DNA of 62,549 bases, filler included. It is 5 parts of 5 records of this genome, joined end to end, with 100 filler letters (N's around TTAATTAATTAA, not from the genome) between each part and the next. Parts side by side here need not be neighbours in the genome. Positions count along the whole stretch, not along the records: positions 1 to 19,759 come from DRR378314_1231; 4 more parts are not named here. The stretch is one strand, 5' to 3'. Positions 1 through 11,182 of the stretch are shown one piece after another. The notes below the pieces were generated by a model. That model did no database searches. It was not told the DNA's origin and worked only from the letters and a program-made list of their open reading frames with translations. The position numbers and the translations under genes are program-made. Each line of letters opens with the position of its first letter. The first letter of the stretch is position 1.

Positions 1-71
1 GTCATCGATGCGCCAGGACTCTGCTCCCCATCACGCAATGTGGTATCAAATATTATTAACTGGTCTTTCAT
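1..71 (-). CDS. leuA: 2-isopropylmalate synthase, N-terminal fragment (runs off window edge)
   Basis: Manual translation of the minus strand from ATG at 71 gives [23 protein letters not shown], the DTTLRDGEQ signature of IPMS; not in ORF track. Confidence 0.9.
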   Translation of the reverse strand, partial: MKDQLIIFDTTLRDGEQSPGASM

Positions 72-121
72 TTCGCTCGCTCCGAACATTTTGCTCATCG
101 CTGAGCACATTTTTTATGGTC

Positions 122-150
122 ATTATAATGAGGTTAAATGAGGGTTGCAG
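122..150 (-). promoter_or_regulatory. putative sigma70 promoter for leuA
   Basis: Minus strand CTGCAA-N17-TATAAT about 50 nt upstream of the leuA ATG. Confidence 0.4.
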
Positions 151-234
151 AAAGAATTGCAAGAATATTTTCCCTCATAAACATCTATTTCTAGCATTGA
201 TGTGAGAAATGGTCCGCCTCACCATCCTTGGATT

Positions 235-978
235 TTATTTTGATTGTGCGCGTTCGTTACGATGCTTACGTAATTGAATCAGTGTAAAAACCGGTCCGGA
301 AATCGCATACAGTAAAAATGCCGTGAAAAGGACAATTGGCGGATCTGTTGCAATAAGTGCAAAAACCAAAACCAGACCCAACATCACCATGAAGGGTACT
401 TTGCCTCGCAAATCCAGCTCTTTAAAACTGTGATAGCGCACAGTACTGACCATAAGGATAGCTGTGGCAAATGTCAGCGGCACACCTACAAATGATAACA
501 ATGACGGATCCAGTTGATTGTTATGTCCTACCCAGACCCAGCCAGCAATACAGGCTGCTGCAGCAGGACTTGGCAATCCTTGAAAATAGCGTTTATCAGC
601 AATGCCTACCTGAGTATTAAAGCGTGCAAGACGCAACGCACCGCAGGCAGCGTAAATAAATGCCACCATCCAACCAAACTTACCTAAACCATTCAAAGCC
701 CATTCAAACATAACCAAAGCAGGAGCCAGACCAAAGGCAACCATATCGGCAAGGCTGTCATACTCTGCTCCAAAAGCGCTTTGAGTATTGGTTAAACGAG
801 CAATGCGGCCATCCAGCCCATCCATCACCATCGCAACAAAGATTGCGACTGCTGCAGTTGTGAAGTCGCCCCTTATCGCAGCAACAATGGCGTAGAAACC
901 AGCGAACAGGCAAGCTGTGGTAAATAAATTCGGTAAAAGGTAAATGCCGCGTTTTTGTTGTTCTTCATGATTATCCAT
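235..978 (-). CDS. pssA: CDP-diacylglycerol--serine O-phosphatidyltransferase
   Basis: RGIYLLPNLFT N-terminus and CDP-alcohol phosphotransferase motif DGLDGRIAR...GAEYDSLAD; RLARFN. Confidence 0.93.
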   Translation of the reverse strand: MDNHEEQQKRGIYLLPNLFTTACLFAGFYAIVAAIRGDFTTAAVAIFVAMVMDGLDGRIARLTNTQSAFGAEYDSLADMVAFGLAPALVMFEWALNGLGKFGWMVAFIYAACGALRLARFNTQVGIADKRYFQGLPSPAAAACIAGWVWVGHNNQLDPSLLSFVGVPLTFATAILMVSTVRYHSFKELDLRGKVPFMVMLGLVLVFALIATDPPIVLFTAFLLYAISGPVFTLIQLRKHRNERAQSK

Positions 979-1032
979 AAATGTCCTGTATTCAGAGAAG
1001 AAGTAGTTTCATTATGACATCCGTACCTGCAT

Positions 1033-1075
1033 AAACAAAACAAGGGCAGATTGCCAAGCAACCTGCCCTTGTTTG
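1033..1075 (-). terminator. intrinsic terminator downstream of ilvC
   Basis: Inverted repeat aaacaagggcag / ctgcccttgttt followed by a T-rich tail on the minus strand. Confidence 0.7.
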
Positions 1076-1095
1076 AGGACAACCAAAAAAACTAA

Positions 1096-2112
<1,017 letters not shown>

Positions 2113-2166
2113 TCAATTTCCTTCTGACTAAATTATTCTGTTTTATCTTGGTTCAGACCTGTGACC

Positions 2167-2676
2167 TTAAATGGTTCCACTGCCCCGTTTCACTGCCACA
2201 ATACCGGTGCGGCATACTTCTGTTTTGCCCAGCGGTTCCATCAGCTCGACAAAGGCCTTCACCTTTTCCCGGTTGCCTGTCACCTCAAAGACAAAGGAAG
2301 TCTGGGTCGTGTCCACCGCATGGGCCCGGAAAATATCCGCCATGCGCAGCGCCTCAACCCGCTTCTCCCCTTTACATTCCACCTTGACCAGCGCCATTTC
2401 CCGCTCAACGCTTGGCCCTTCAACGGTCAAATCAACAATTTTATGAACCGGCACCAGGCCTTCCAGCTGGGCCTTGATCTGGGCGATGACCATTTCCGTG
2501 CCCGTGGTGACGATGGTAATGCGCGACAGGTTCTCTGCCTCATCCACCTTGGCCACGGTCAGGCTTTCAATATTATAGCCACGGCCGGAGAACAGGCCAA
2601 CAACGCGGGCCAGCACACCAAATTCATTGTCAACCAGTACCGCAACGGTATGTCTGTGAAAATCAATATTTTTCAT
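2167..2676 (-). CDS. ilvH: acetolactate synthase small subunit
   Basis: ACT domain VLVDNEFGVLARVVGLFSGRGYNIESL; lies between ilvB and ilvC. Confidence 0.95.
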   Translation of the reverse strand: MKNIDFHRHTVAVLVDNEFGVLARVVGLFSGRGYNIESLTVAKVDEAENLSRITIVTTGTEMVIAQIKAQLEGLVPVHKIVDLTVEGPSVEREMALVKVECKGEKRVEALRMADIFRAHAVDTTQTSFVFEVTGNREKVKAFVELMEPLGKTEVCRTGIVAVKRGSGTI

Positions 2677-2755
2677 TTTGTCCAGGTATTCTCTTCGGGG
2701 TCATGTTCGACCGAGTTTATAACAGAATGATGAAGCCGTCTCTTGATCTCACCAC

Positions 2756-4522
2756 CTACACCAGCGCCATGCCCTGAGAGGAAATCTCAGGCCCTTCCCC
2801 GTCCTTCTGATCGGCCAGCAGCATTTCATTATGCGCCGCCCCTGAAGGCACCATCGGGAACACATTTTCCGCCTTGTCGACCAGCATATCCACCAGCACC
2901 GGCCCCTTGATCTTGATCATCTCTTTGATGCAGTCATCCACATCGTCAGCCTTGTGGCAGCGCAGACCCGTCGCGCCAAACGCTTCGGCCAGTTTGACAA
3001 AGTCCGGCAGGCTATCCATGTAACTTTCCGAATAACGCCCGCCATGCAGCAGTTCCTGCCACTGGCGGACCATACCCATATATTCGTTATTGAGGATGAA
3101 AATCTTCACCGGCAGACGGTATTGAATGATGGTGGCAATTTCCTGGATATTCATCATGGTCGAGGCTTCACCAGCCACATCAACCACCAGCGAATCCGGA
3201 TGGGCAATCTGCACGCCCATGGCCGCTGGCAGACCATACCCCATGGTACCCAGTCCGCCCGATGTCATCCACCGGTTCGGCTCATCAAATTCCAGATACT
3301 GGGCCGCCCACATTTGATGCTGGCCCACTTCAGTGGTGAAATACCGGTCCATATCCCGGGTCAGGTCATTCAGACGGGACAGGGCATATTGCGGCTTGAT
3401 AATGTCACCCTTCTGGGTGAAGGCGAGGCACTTGCGGCTCCGCCAGCTTTCAATTTGTTTCCACCATTTCTCAAGCGCCTTTGTATCGGGCTTGCAGACT
3501 TCTGATTTCCACACCTTGACCATATCCTCCAGCACATGACCGACATCACCGATGATCGGAATATCCACACGGATGTTCTTGTTGATGGAGGACGGATCGA
3601 TATCCACATGGATCTTTTTGGAATTGGGCGAAAACGCATCCAGACGCCCGGTGATCCGGTCATCAAATCGCGCGCCGATACAGATCATGACATCGCAATC
3701 ATGCATGGCGTTATTGGCTTCAAAAGTGCCGTGCATGCCCAGCATACCCAGGAACTGATTATCAGATGCCGGATAAGCGCCCAGCCCCATCAGGGTGTTG
3801 GTGATCGGATAGCCGGTCATGCGCACAAACTGCGTCAGCATTTTCGCGGCCTTGGGGCCCGAATTGATGACGCCGCCGCCGGTATAGAAAATCGGCCGTT
3901 TGGCCCCGGCGATCAGCTTGACCGCCTGCTTGATGGCCTTCAGGTCACCCTTCACCGGTGGGTTATAGCTCTTATGCTGAACCAGGCTTGGCGGTGTGTA
4001 GTTCTTGCTTGGCTGGAACTGAACATCCTTGGGCAGATCGATCACGACCGGCCCGGGGCGCCCAGTTGTTGCCACATGAAAGGCCTCGTGCATGGTGCGG
4101 GCCAGATCATCGGCATCTTTAACCAGATAATTATGCTTGGTGACCGGACGGGTAATACCTACCGTGTCCGCTTCCTGAAACGCGTCATTACCGATCAGAT
4201 GGGTTGCCACCTGCCCGGTCAGGCATATCAGCGGAATGCTGTCCAGCTTGGCATCGGCAAGACCGGTCACTGCATTGGTCGCGCCGGGGCCGGATGTCAC
4301 CAGAACCACACCGGGTTTCCCGGTGGAGCGGGCATAGCCTTCCGCTGCGTGCAGTGCGCCGCCTTCCTGACGGACCAGAATATGGCGGATGCTGTTCTGC
4401 TTGAACAGCTCATCATAAATGGGGAGCACAGCGCCGCCAGGATAACCGAACACCACCTCGACACCCTGGTCAATGAGTGCCTTGATAACGATTTCCGCTC
4501 CTGTCATTTCCTTGCTAGCCAT
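2756..4522 (-). CDS. ilvB: acetolactate synthase large subunit
   Basis: [43 protein letters not shown]. Confidence 0.96.
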   Translation of the reverse strand: MASKEMTGAEIVIKALIDQGVEVVFGYPGGAVLPIYDELFKQNSIRHILVRQEGGALHAAEGYARSTGKPGVVLVTSGPGATNAVTGLADAKLDSIPLICLTGQVATHLIGNDAFQEADTVGITRPVTKHNYLVKDADDLARTMHEAFHVATTGRPGPVVIDLPKDVQFQPSKNYTPPSLVQHKSYNPPVKGDLKAIKQAVKLIAGAKRPIFYTGGGVINSGPKAAKMLTQFVRMTGYPITNTLMGLGAYPASDNQFLGMLGMHGTFEANNAMHDCDVMICIGARFDDRITGRLDAFSPNSKKIHVDIDPSSINKNIRVDIPIIGDVGHVLEDMVKVWKSEVCKPDTKALEKWWKQIESWRSRKCLAFTQKGDIIKPQYALSRLNDLTRDMDRYFTTEVGQHQMWAAQYLEFDEPNRWMTSGGLGTMGYGLPAAMGVQIAHPDSLVVDVAGEASTMMNIQEIATIIQYRLPVKIFILNNEYMGMVRQWQELLHGGRYSESYMDSLPDFVKLAEAFGATGLRCHKADDVDDCIKEMIKIKGPVLVDMLVDKAENVFPMVPSGAAHNEMLLADQKDGEGPEISSQGMALV

Positions 4523-4598
4523 GGGACGTCCCTAATCTGTTGTTGGCCTAAACCTGTCATCTGCCGTGAAACTGTCAGTTGGCAGTACATATAAAGTG

Positions 4599-4680
4599 AA
4601 AACGAAAAAGCGCCCGGAGATTGATCCGAGCGACACTTCGGTCGATCCAGGGAGGCAAACCGGCGGTTCCTCCTTGGCAA
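4599..4680 (-). promoter_or_regulatory. structured ilvB leader with terminator-like hairpin (attenuator candidate)
   Basis: Minus strand: hairpin ccaaggagg..cctccctgg (4647-4677), then cgctcgga-tcaatc-tccgggcg followed by a T tract (4605-4632). Confidence 0.5.
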
Positions 4681-4688
4681 CAGATGGG

Positions 4689-4717
4689 AACCTAGACTTT
4701 CATTGCTTCATCGTCAA
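4689..4717 (-). promoter_or_regulatory. putative sigma70 promoter of ilvBHC overlapping the 3' end of miaA
   Basis: Minus strand TTGACG-N17-TAGGTT. Confidence 0.5.
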
Positions 4718-5674
4718 CAAAAATTGGCGAATAAATGGAAAGAATTCTGCTGTTAAACTTTCCAAATCTTGCGCGGAAGAAATTTTGGCGTCCGTCATCT
4801 TGTTGCGCACCCAGGTCATCTGCCGTTTGGCATAGCGCCGGGTCAGAAGCTTGATCCGGTCTTTGGCCTCATCCCGGTTCATCTCACCCGCCAGCAAAGC
4901 CCGGATTTCAGGGACCCCCAGCGCTTTCATGGCGGGCAGTTCCGGATCCAGATCCCGCGCCAGGATCGCCGCCACTTCGTCAATGGCAGCGCCGTCATCA
5001 ACCATCCAGTCAAGCCGTCGCTCGCACCGCTCATACAACCAGGCCCGCTCTGGCAAGAGGGCCAACCACAAACGCGGCCCCTGCAGAACGGGTCCCTCTG
5101 GCGCTTTTTGGTGCCATTGCCCCAGGGTCACGCCGGTTTCTTCCACCACTTCCAGCGCTCGAAGCAGGCGTTGCGAATCCCCGAGATTCAGTTTCGCTGC
5201 CATGTCTGGGTCTTTTTGCACCAGCCGGTCATAGATGGCCTGATTACCCTCGCGCTTGTGAAGCTCGCGAAGGCCGCTGCGCACCGCATCGCTAATCGCC
5301 GGGACCTGGGCGATGCCTCTGGTCAGGATTTCAAAATAAAGACCGGTACCGCCGCAAATGATTGGCAGCTTGCCCGCCGCGCGGCACTGCTCGATCTCAG
5401 TCAGGGCCATATCCCGCCAGCGCGCCGCCGAACAGTAATCATCCGGCTCCAGCACGCCGTAAAGCCGGTGGGGGCATTGGGCTTCTTCTTCGGCGCTGGG
5501 GCGGGCCGTGATGACCCGAAGGCCGGCATAGACCTGCATGCTGTCGCCATTGATGATCACCCCGTCAAATTCTTTTGCGATGGCAATGGCCAATGCGGAT
5601 TTGCCGCTGGCGGTCGGGCCTGCTAAAAGGACACAGCCCTTTTGCGGTGAAGGGGTTTCAAGCTGGTTAGGCAT
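4700..5674 (-). CDS. miaA: tRNA dimethylallyltransferase
   Basis: GPTASGKS P-loop, DSMQVY, GGTGLY, TRRYAKRQMTW. Confidence 0.96.
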   Translation of the reverse strand: MPNQLETPSPQKGCVLLAGPTASGKSALAIAIAKEFDGVIINGDSMQVYAGLRVITARPSAEEEAQCPHRLYGVLEPDDYCSAARWRDMALTEIEQCRAAGKLPIICGGTGLYFEILTRGIAQVPAISDAVRSGLRELHKREGNQAIYDRLVQKDPDMAAKLNLGDSQRLLRALEVVEETGVTLGQWHQKAPEGPVLQGPRLWLALLPERAWLYERCERRLDWMVDDGAAIDEVAAILARDLDPELPAMKALGVPEIRALLAGEMNRDEAKDRIKLLTRRYAKRQMTWVRNKMTDAKISSAQDLESLTAEFFPFIRQFLLTMKQ

Positions 5675-5697
5675 ATAACACTTACGGGTCGCTTACG

Positions 5698-6585
5698 ATG
5701 AAAATGGTTTTGACGCTTGTTCTGGATCCTGCAAATCCAGCTTCCTTTCCTACCACACTCCAGGCCGTGAAAGCCAGACTGCAAGCGCTTGATCTGTCAC
5801 CCGTGGTGGAAACCTGGCTCAAAGACGGCGAAGCAATTGATCTGGCGTTCAGCGGTGCCCTCACCAAAGCGCAAATTGCCGACGTTGCCGCGCCTTGTGA
5901 TTTTTGCCTGCAACCGGCCGACGGGCGCCGCAAAAAACTGCTGCTGGCGGATATGGACAGCACCATCATCACCGTTGAATGCATTGATGAGCTGGCCGAT
6001 TTTGCCGGACTGAAGGCTGAAGTCTCCGCCATTACCGAAAAAGCCATGCAGGGGGAGCTGGAATTTGACGCGGCGTTTCGCGCCCGCGTCGCCATGCTCA
6101 AAGGCCTCACCGAAGAGGTCTTGCAAAAAACCTTTGAAGAACGGGTCACCCTCACCCCGGGCGCACGCACTCTGATCCAGACAGTAAAACAGCGAAACGG
6201 CGCCTATACCGCCCTTGTCTCTGGCGGCTTCACCTATTTTACCGGCAAGGTTCGGGCGCTGACCGGATTTGATATGGATGACGCGAACGAGCTGTTATTT
6301 GAAGCGGGCAAACTGACCGGCAAGGCCGCGGAGCCAATCCTCAATTCCCAGGCCAAGCTCGACAACCTGAACCGCCTGACGGCCGAGCTATCCCTCACCC
6401 CGGCAGACAGCGTTGCCATCGGGGATGGCGCCAATGACATCCCGATGATCGAGGCGGCAAGCCTCGGCGTTGCCTTTCATGCCAAAGCCAAAGCCCAGAC
6501 CGCCGCCGATGCCACCATCCGCTATGGCGACCTCACCACGTTGCTTTATTATCAAGGCTATCGGTTCGATGAATTTGTGGGGTGA
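5698..6585 (+). CDS. serB: phosphoserine phosphatase
   Basis: HAD motifs DMDSTII, ECIDELA, VSGGF, GDGAND. Confidence 0.95.
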   Translation: MKMVLTLVLDPANPASFPTTLQAVKARLQALDLSPVVETWLKDGEAIDLAFSGALTKAQIADVAAPCDFCLQPADGRRKKLLLADMDSTIITVECIDELADFAGLKAEVSAITEKAMQGELEFDAAFRARVAMLKGLTEEVLQKTFEERVTLTPGARTLIQTVKQRNGAYTALVSGGFTYFTGKVRALTGFDMDDANELLFEAGKLTGKAAEPILNSQAKLDNLNRLTAELSLTPADSVAIGDGANDIPMIEAASLGVAFHAKAKAQTAADATIRYGDLTTLLYYQGYRFDEFVG

Positions 6586-6616
6586 AGGTTAAGGGCACTT
6601 CGCTGATAAGTGCCGT

Positions 6617-8368
6617 TCAGTTAGCCAATTGCAAGCCCCGTTGGTTTGCATAGCGCCTATAAAATATGCCGAAATCCAGCCCCTGAACCCCGAGCGGCTT
6701 GTTGCTGCGGTCCATCATAATATCACCGGAGAGAAAATCCGTACCGCTTCGCAACGCCCCGAGGGTGAGACTGGAAGTTGGCAGGTTAGCAATAAAAACC
6801 TTCATATCGTTTTGATGGGCAATCCGGCAAAAGGCGTCAATTTTACTCTGTATTTTCTTCTCACCCAAGCCGACATTGCTAAACCGAAACCCGATCACAT
6901 CGATCCCCATCGGATTCAGATCACTGAAATTTCGATGATCAAAGTCAACCTCAAGCGAAATCAGCCGCCCATAGGGTTTGAGCGTGGTAATCGGTGTCTG
7001 CATTTGGGACACCCAATTGCCAACATGGCTGCCGATGATTTCCCAAATGATCAGCTTTTGATATTGAGGCGGAATGGTTTGACAGATTTCGACATATTTT
7101 TTTCGCGTTGATGCGGTATTCAATGTCGTGAAGTGAACGGGAACGGCAACCGCATTGATCCGGCCATCCTCCACGGCCTCATGAAGATCAACCAGTGCCC
7201 GTCGCAACACCAATACATCAATCTGGCCGACCACATACGGGTCGATATCATCGACAAGATCATCAATTGCCCATTCCGAATTTTCAAGTATGACGTCAGC
7301 CGAAATCCGGTAGGTATTCACTTTACCGGAATTTGGATGCCATAAACCCCGGTAATAAAACGTCAGATCCAAATTTTCTGCGGCCTCTGGCACTGCTTGA
7401 CCGATAACTTCAGGCTGCTCAAATTTCGGCAGGACTTTTTCCTGAAGCTGCTCATATGCCTTGTCTGCCTCCTGAATAAGACTGGACAGTCTATCTGAAA
7501 GGCTAGCCGCCCCGTCCCGTTCTGACGCCCCGCTCTCATTAATGAAACTTTCCCATTTCGGTGAGCTCTTACCCACCGCCTCCAGACTTGTTGCATCTGC
7601 CAGCAGGGACTGAATATTCTGGATTTCCTGGCTGATGGTCGTAAATTTGGAGGCGGTTTCAACGGGTGGGGCTACATCTATATCTGAGGTCAGCAGGTCA
7701 TTGACCGATTGCGCCAGCTTTGACAAATCCTGGTCCACATTATCCAATGTTTGACCATAAAGAGCGGGATCGAGTTTATCGATAATCTGCGCCGGATGAA
7801 AATGTTCGGCGCCGCTCAAGCTCTCAATAATCGTGTCGGCGAAAGAGCCCTCTTGCAAGGAAACGCTGCCGTCCGTCTCGCTGACGGCAACCGATGTAGA
7901 AAACTTGTCCGACGTCCACTCGTCCCCAAAAAGCTGCTCCCCGATTTCTTTGGCAATCAACGCACATTTGATCAACGCTTCTTGCTTATTGAGCTTGGCG
8001 AACACAAACACATAGACATCATCTCCAACGGTGTAATGCACATCCTGAGGTGTCGTTCGTTTTTCAATAACGGTCTTGGCCAATTGCGAGACTGTCGCCC
8101 GATACCGTGGCCATTTATCGCCCAGTTTCTCGCGAATTGTACTTAAATTGACAAAACTGACCTTACCATTTGATAACAGGTCATTATCTTTGATCAGGTC
8201 TTGAATTCTGGCTTGAATTTCATCAGAAAAAACAGGCTCTGTTTCCGGCGCTTCGGGGGTGCTGGAGCCCGCACTGGCTTCTGTACCGGGCTTGTTGTCA
8301 GCCGAATTTCCGAAGAATTTTCGCGTAAATGACGTCCAAGTATGTCGAATATCTGCTGCGTCTACCAT
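6617..8368 (-). CDS. hypothetical signalling protein with degenerate GGDEF-like N-terminal and EAL-like C-terminal domains
   Basis: 583 aa. N-terminal DVHYTVGDDVYVFVF resembles the GGDEF loop region. C-terminal FYYRGLW..., IDVLVLRRAL, AVPVH, LIIWEI, GTDFLSG follow the EAL barrel pattern without catalytic motifs. Recognised by eye only. Confidence 0.55.
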   Translation of the reverse strand: MVDAADIRHTWTSFTRKFFGNSADNKPGTEASAGSSTPEAPETEPVFSDEIQARIQDLIKDNDLLSNGKVSFVNLSTIREKLGDKWPRYRATVSQLAKTVIEKRTTPQDVHYTVGDDVYVFVFAKLNKQEALIKCALIAKEIGEQLFGDEWTSDKFSTSVAVSETDGSVSLQEGSFADTIIESLSGAEHFHPAQIIDKLDPALYGQTLDNVDQDLSKLAQSVNDLLTSDIDVAPPVETASKFTTISQEIQNIQSLLADATSLEAVGKSSPKWESFINESGASERDGAASLSDRLSSLIQEADKAYEQLQEKVLPKFEQPEVIGQAVPEAAENLDLTFYYRGLWHPNSGKVNTYRISADVILENSEWAIDDLVDDIDPYVVGQIDVLVLRRALVDLHEAVEDGRINAVAVPVHFTTLNTASTRKKYVEICQTIPPQYQKLIIWEIIGSHVGNWVSQMQTPITTLKPYGRLISLEVDFDHRNFSDLNPMGIDVIGFRFSNVGLGEKKIQSKIDAFCRIAHQNDMKVFIANLPTSSLTLGALRSGTDFLSGDIMMDRSNKPLGVQGLDFGIFYRRYANQRGLQLAN

Positions 8369-8413
8369 TTTATCCGGTCTATCCCGATGTGAGTATTAAT
8401 TCAGGAAATTGAT

Positions 8414-8836
8414 TTACAGGTTATCAAGAATACTGGAATGTTCTGTCTTCACCTGGCTGCCTGGGGTGATTTGCAGATCCAGGCTGGACAGGACTTCTGC
8501 CACGGTATCGTTGGTTAAGGGCTTTGACAGGGTAACGGAGGCACCATGAACTTTCGCAAAATTGAGAATATCAAACCCGATTTTCCGCCCGGTCTCTGTA
8601 AAGGCAATAATCGGGACTGTCGGCGCCAGGCTATGAATTTCCACCGTTAGTTCCACCCCTTCCATCTCCGGCAGAACCAGTTCCGTCATTACGATTTTGG
8701 GTTGAGACGCGGAAAATTTACTGAGCGCTTGTCGGCCATCTGCCGCTTCGGTGACAGCATGCCCTAGCTCCTCAAGTATTCCCTTGAGAAACAGTCTTTC
8801 CTGCTCGTCATCGTCAACAAGAAGAATTTCCGCCAT
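8414..8836 (-). CDS. single-domain response regulator receiver (atypical: phospho-acceptor Asp replaced by Glu)
   Basis: ILLVDDD, IVMTELVLPEMEG, IIAFT, LSKP; AGGAGG RBS before ATG at 8836. Confidence 0.85.
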   Translation of the reverse strand: MAEILLVDDDEQERLFLKGILEELGHAVTEAADGRQALSKFSASQPKIVMTELVLPEMEGVELTVEIHSLAPTVPIIAFTETGRKIGFDILNFAKVHGASVTLSKPLTNDTVAEVLSSLDLQITPGSQVKTEHSSILDNL

Positions 8837-9060
8837 AATTCCTCCTATAGCCAAAAGCTAAACGGTTGGTCCTTCGCGTGATATATGTGCATTCCCTAAA
8901 AAGACAACTATCTGTACGCATCGTCTGTGTCAACGTCACGCCTAATCCTGACGCGAAAAAACCCACCTAAGCAGATAAAACTAATATTTCAACTCTCAAT
9001 CACCCTGCCTTTCTTTCAAAAGCAGTGGATTGCAGAAATTCTCAGGTGAAGATTTCCCCA

Positions 9061-9090
9061 AAAAAAGCCCCGCTCAGTGGCGGGGCTTTT
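9061..9090. terminator. intrinsic terminator downstream of degP-like gene
   Basis: aaaaaagccccgc-tcagtg-gcggggctttt. Confidence 0.8.
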
Positions 9091-9119
9091 GTTGGTACAC
9101 TCGATCGCTTGAGAGGAGA

Positions 9120-10640
9120 TCAGCTTTCCGTGCTAAGCGCCACGAAGCGGGAAGAAAGACCCCGGCGGGTGAGCATCAGAACTGATTTCCGATCGGTGCT
9201 TTTGATCTCTTTCAGGCTGGCTTTCACATCGGCCACATCATTGACCGGGGTAAGCTGCACTTCGAGGATCTGATCCCCGGGGCGGATATCTTTTTCCGCC
9301 GCTTCACTATTGGGGTCCACATCAACTACCAGCACGCCCTTGGCATCATCGGCCAGCTTGAACTGCTGGCGCAACTGATCATTGACCGTTGCCAGGGTCA
9401 TGCCCATCACGTCTGCCGTTGGGGCATCATCCACGTCACCGGCTGCTTTGGCCATTTTGGTTTCCGCTTTTTCAAGCTCGCCCAGTTTAACCGCCTTGGT
9501 GATTTCCTCACCATTGCGCCAGAGCTTCACATCAACCGAAGCCCCCACATCGGTTTCGGCAACCACGCGGGACAGCTCCCGGGTTTCACTAACCGTTTTG
9601 CCATCGAATTTCAGGATGACATCACCAGCCTTGATACCGGCTTTGAATGCCGGGCCGTCTTCGGGAACACCGGCGACCAGCACGCCATCTGTATTGGCAA
9701 GACCCAGGCCTTCAGCCAGCTCTTCGGTCACATTCTGGATAACCACGCCCAGCCAGCCCCGTTTTGTCTGACCAAATTCAATCAACTGCTCAACAACGCC
9801 GCGCGCCATCTGCGATGGAATGGCAAAGCCAATGCCGATACTGCCCCCGGATTGAGAGAAAATCGCCGTGTTAATACCGACCACATCCCCATCCATGTTA
9901 AACAGCGGACCGCCAGAGTTGCCTTTGTTAATAGAGGCATCTGTCTGGATATAATCATCATAGGGGCCAGAGCGGATATCCCGGCCGCGAGCCGAAATAA
10001 TCCCGGCCGTTACCGTGCCGCCAAGACCAAAGGGGTTCCCGATCGCCATGACCCAGTCACCAACGCGGGATTTGTCACTATTGCCCCACTCCACATCGAA
10101 AATGTCTTTTTCATCAGGGTCAATTTTCAACACTGCAATATCGGTTTTTGGGTCGGTTCCCACCAGCTCCGCCGCCAGCTTGTCACCGTCCTGGAAAATA
10201 ACGTAAATTTCTTCAGCGCCATCAATCACGTGATTGTTGGTGATCACATAGCCTTCGCCGGCATCAATCACAAAACCCGATCCAAGCGATGTGGCTTTGC
10301 GTTCGCGCTGACCCTGCTTGCCCTTGCCGCCAAAATCTTTAAAGAAATCCTCAAACGGATGGCCGGGTGGGAGCTGCGGGAAAACACCGCCGCGATCATT
10401 TTTCACTGTCTGGGTCGTTGAAATATTAACAACGGCCGGCGACAGTTTTTCCGCCAGATCCGCGAAGCTTTCCGGCGCGCCCCTGGCCATTGCGTTCAGG
10501 GAGCTCAGTAGAAGGGCCGCCACGAGGACAAGTCCCATTAACATGTACTGGCCGGAGCGAGGAGCTGCCTTCACTTCACTTTCCGACCGTCCGACAGGTG
10601 TTCTTCCATGATCTGGTGAGATCCGATAGGGAGTATACAA
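9120..10640 (-). CDS. degP: Do/DegQ family serine endoprotease with two PDZ domains (true start may be near 10544)
   Basis: TNNHV, DPKTDIA, DASINKGNSGGPL catalytic triad motifs; signal peptide; PDZ repeats. Confidence 0.9.
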   Translation of the reverse strand: MYTPYRISPDHGRTPVGRSESEVKAAPRSGQYMLMGLVLVAALLLSSLNAMARGAPESFADLAEKLSPAVVNISTTQTVKNDRGGVFPQLPPGHPFEDFFKDFGGKGKQGQRERKATSLGSGFVIDAGEGYVITNNHVIDGAEEIYVIFQDGDKLAAELVGTDPKTDIAVLKIDPDEKDIFDVEWGNSDKSRVGDWVMAIGNPFGLGGTVTAGIISARGRDIRSGPYDDYIQTDASINKGNSGGPLFNMDGDVVGINTAIFSQSGGSIGIGFAIPSQMARGVVEQLIEFGQTKRGWLGVVIQNVTEELAEGLGLANTDGVLVAGVPEDGPAFKAGIKAGDVILKFDGKTVSETRELSRVVAETDVGASVDVKLWRNGEEITKAVKLGELEKAETKMAKAAGDVDDAPTADVMGMTLATVNDQLRQQFKLADDAKGVLVVDVDPNSEAAEKDIRPGDQILEVQLTPVNDVADVKASLKEIKSTDRKSVLMLTRRGLSSRFVALSTES

Positions 10641-10869
10641 CGTCGTCGTCCTTTCCTATTTGCCAATGCGGAAGACAGATCCTGAAGTCGATTTCTGATC
10701 AGCCAGGAGAGACGTGCCTTCCAGATACAATACACTCATTTGCCAAGTTATAATCTTTGGATATTCTCTGACGTCTCATAACTGGAAGTCAATTATGGCA
10801 TAATTGTGTAAATCCAGTTTTTAACCGTCTCTTTTTTTAAATTTTTTGGAAAATTTTGCGGTCGGAAAC

Positions 10870-11058
10870 TTAGCGCTCTAGCAGCCATACAAATACCACA
10901 CCAAGAACAGCGCAGATAAGGCCGGTGATGCGCAAAGTCATGCTGGGCATGGAGAGGACGGAAAGCATCATGCGTTTCATACCGTTGGGAAAAAGAGCAT
11001 AAAGCGCCCCTTCCATGAACAGGACCAGCGCCCCGGCCAGCAAAAGATGTTCTAGCAA
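10870..11058 (-). CDS. DUF2065 (YjeT-like) small membrane protein
   Basis: ALVLFMEGALYALFP..MKR..LR.G pattern; canonical position after hflC. Confidence 0.85.
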   Translation of the reverse strand: MLEHLLLAGALVLFMEGALYALFPNGMKRMMLSVLSMPSMTLRITGLICAVLGVVFVWLLER

Positions 11059-11130
11059 CTCAGTCTCCTAAATCCATGGACCTTCATCCGGGTCTCATTC
11101 GCTTGGCCGCGTCAGCGGGATCAGCAACTA

Positions 11131-11165
11131 AAAAGGCCTGCAAGGAGGGATGTCCTTGCAGGCCC
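11131..11165 (-). terminator. intrinsic terminator after hflC
   Basis: ggcctgcaagga / tccttgcaggcc inverted repeat with T tract on the minus strand. Confidence 0.7.
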
Positions 11166-11182
11166 TGTCTCAACCCAACCTG

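Noticed and set aside
134-178. Short minus-strand ORF MRENILAILSATLI upstream of leuA as a leucine leader peptide
   Set aside because: Leu codons are not clustered, no terminator follows, and it overlaps the predicted promoter
8-205. 65-aa plus-strand ORF at the window start
   Set aside because: Overlaps the minus-strand leuA start and promoter; no motif support
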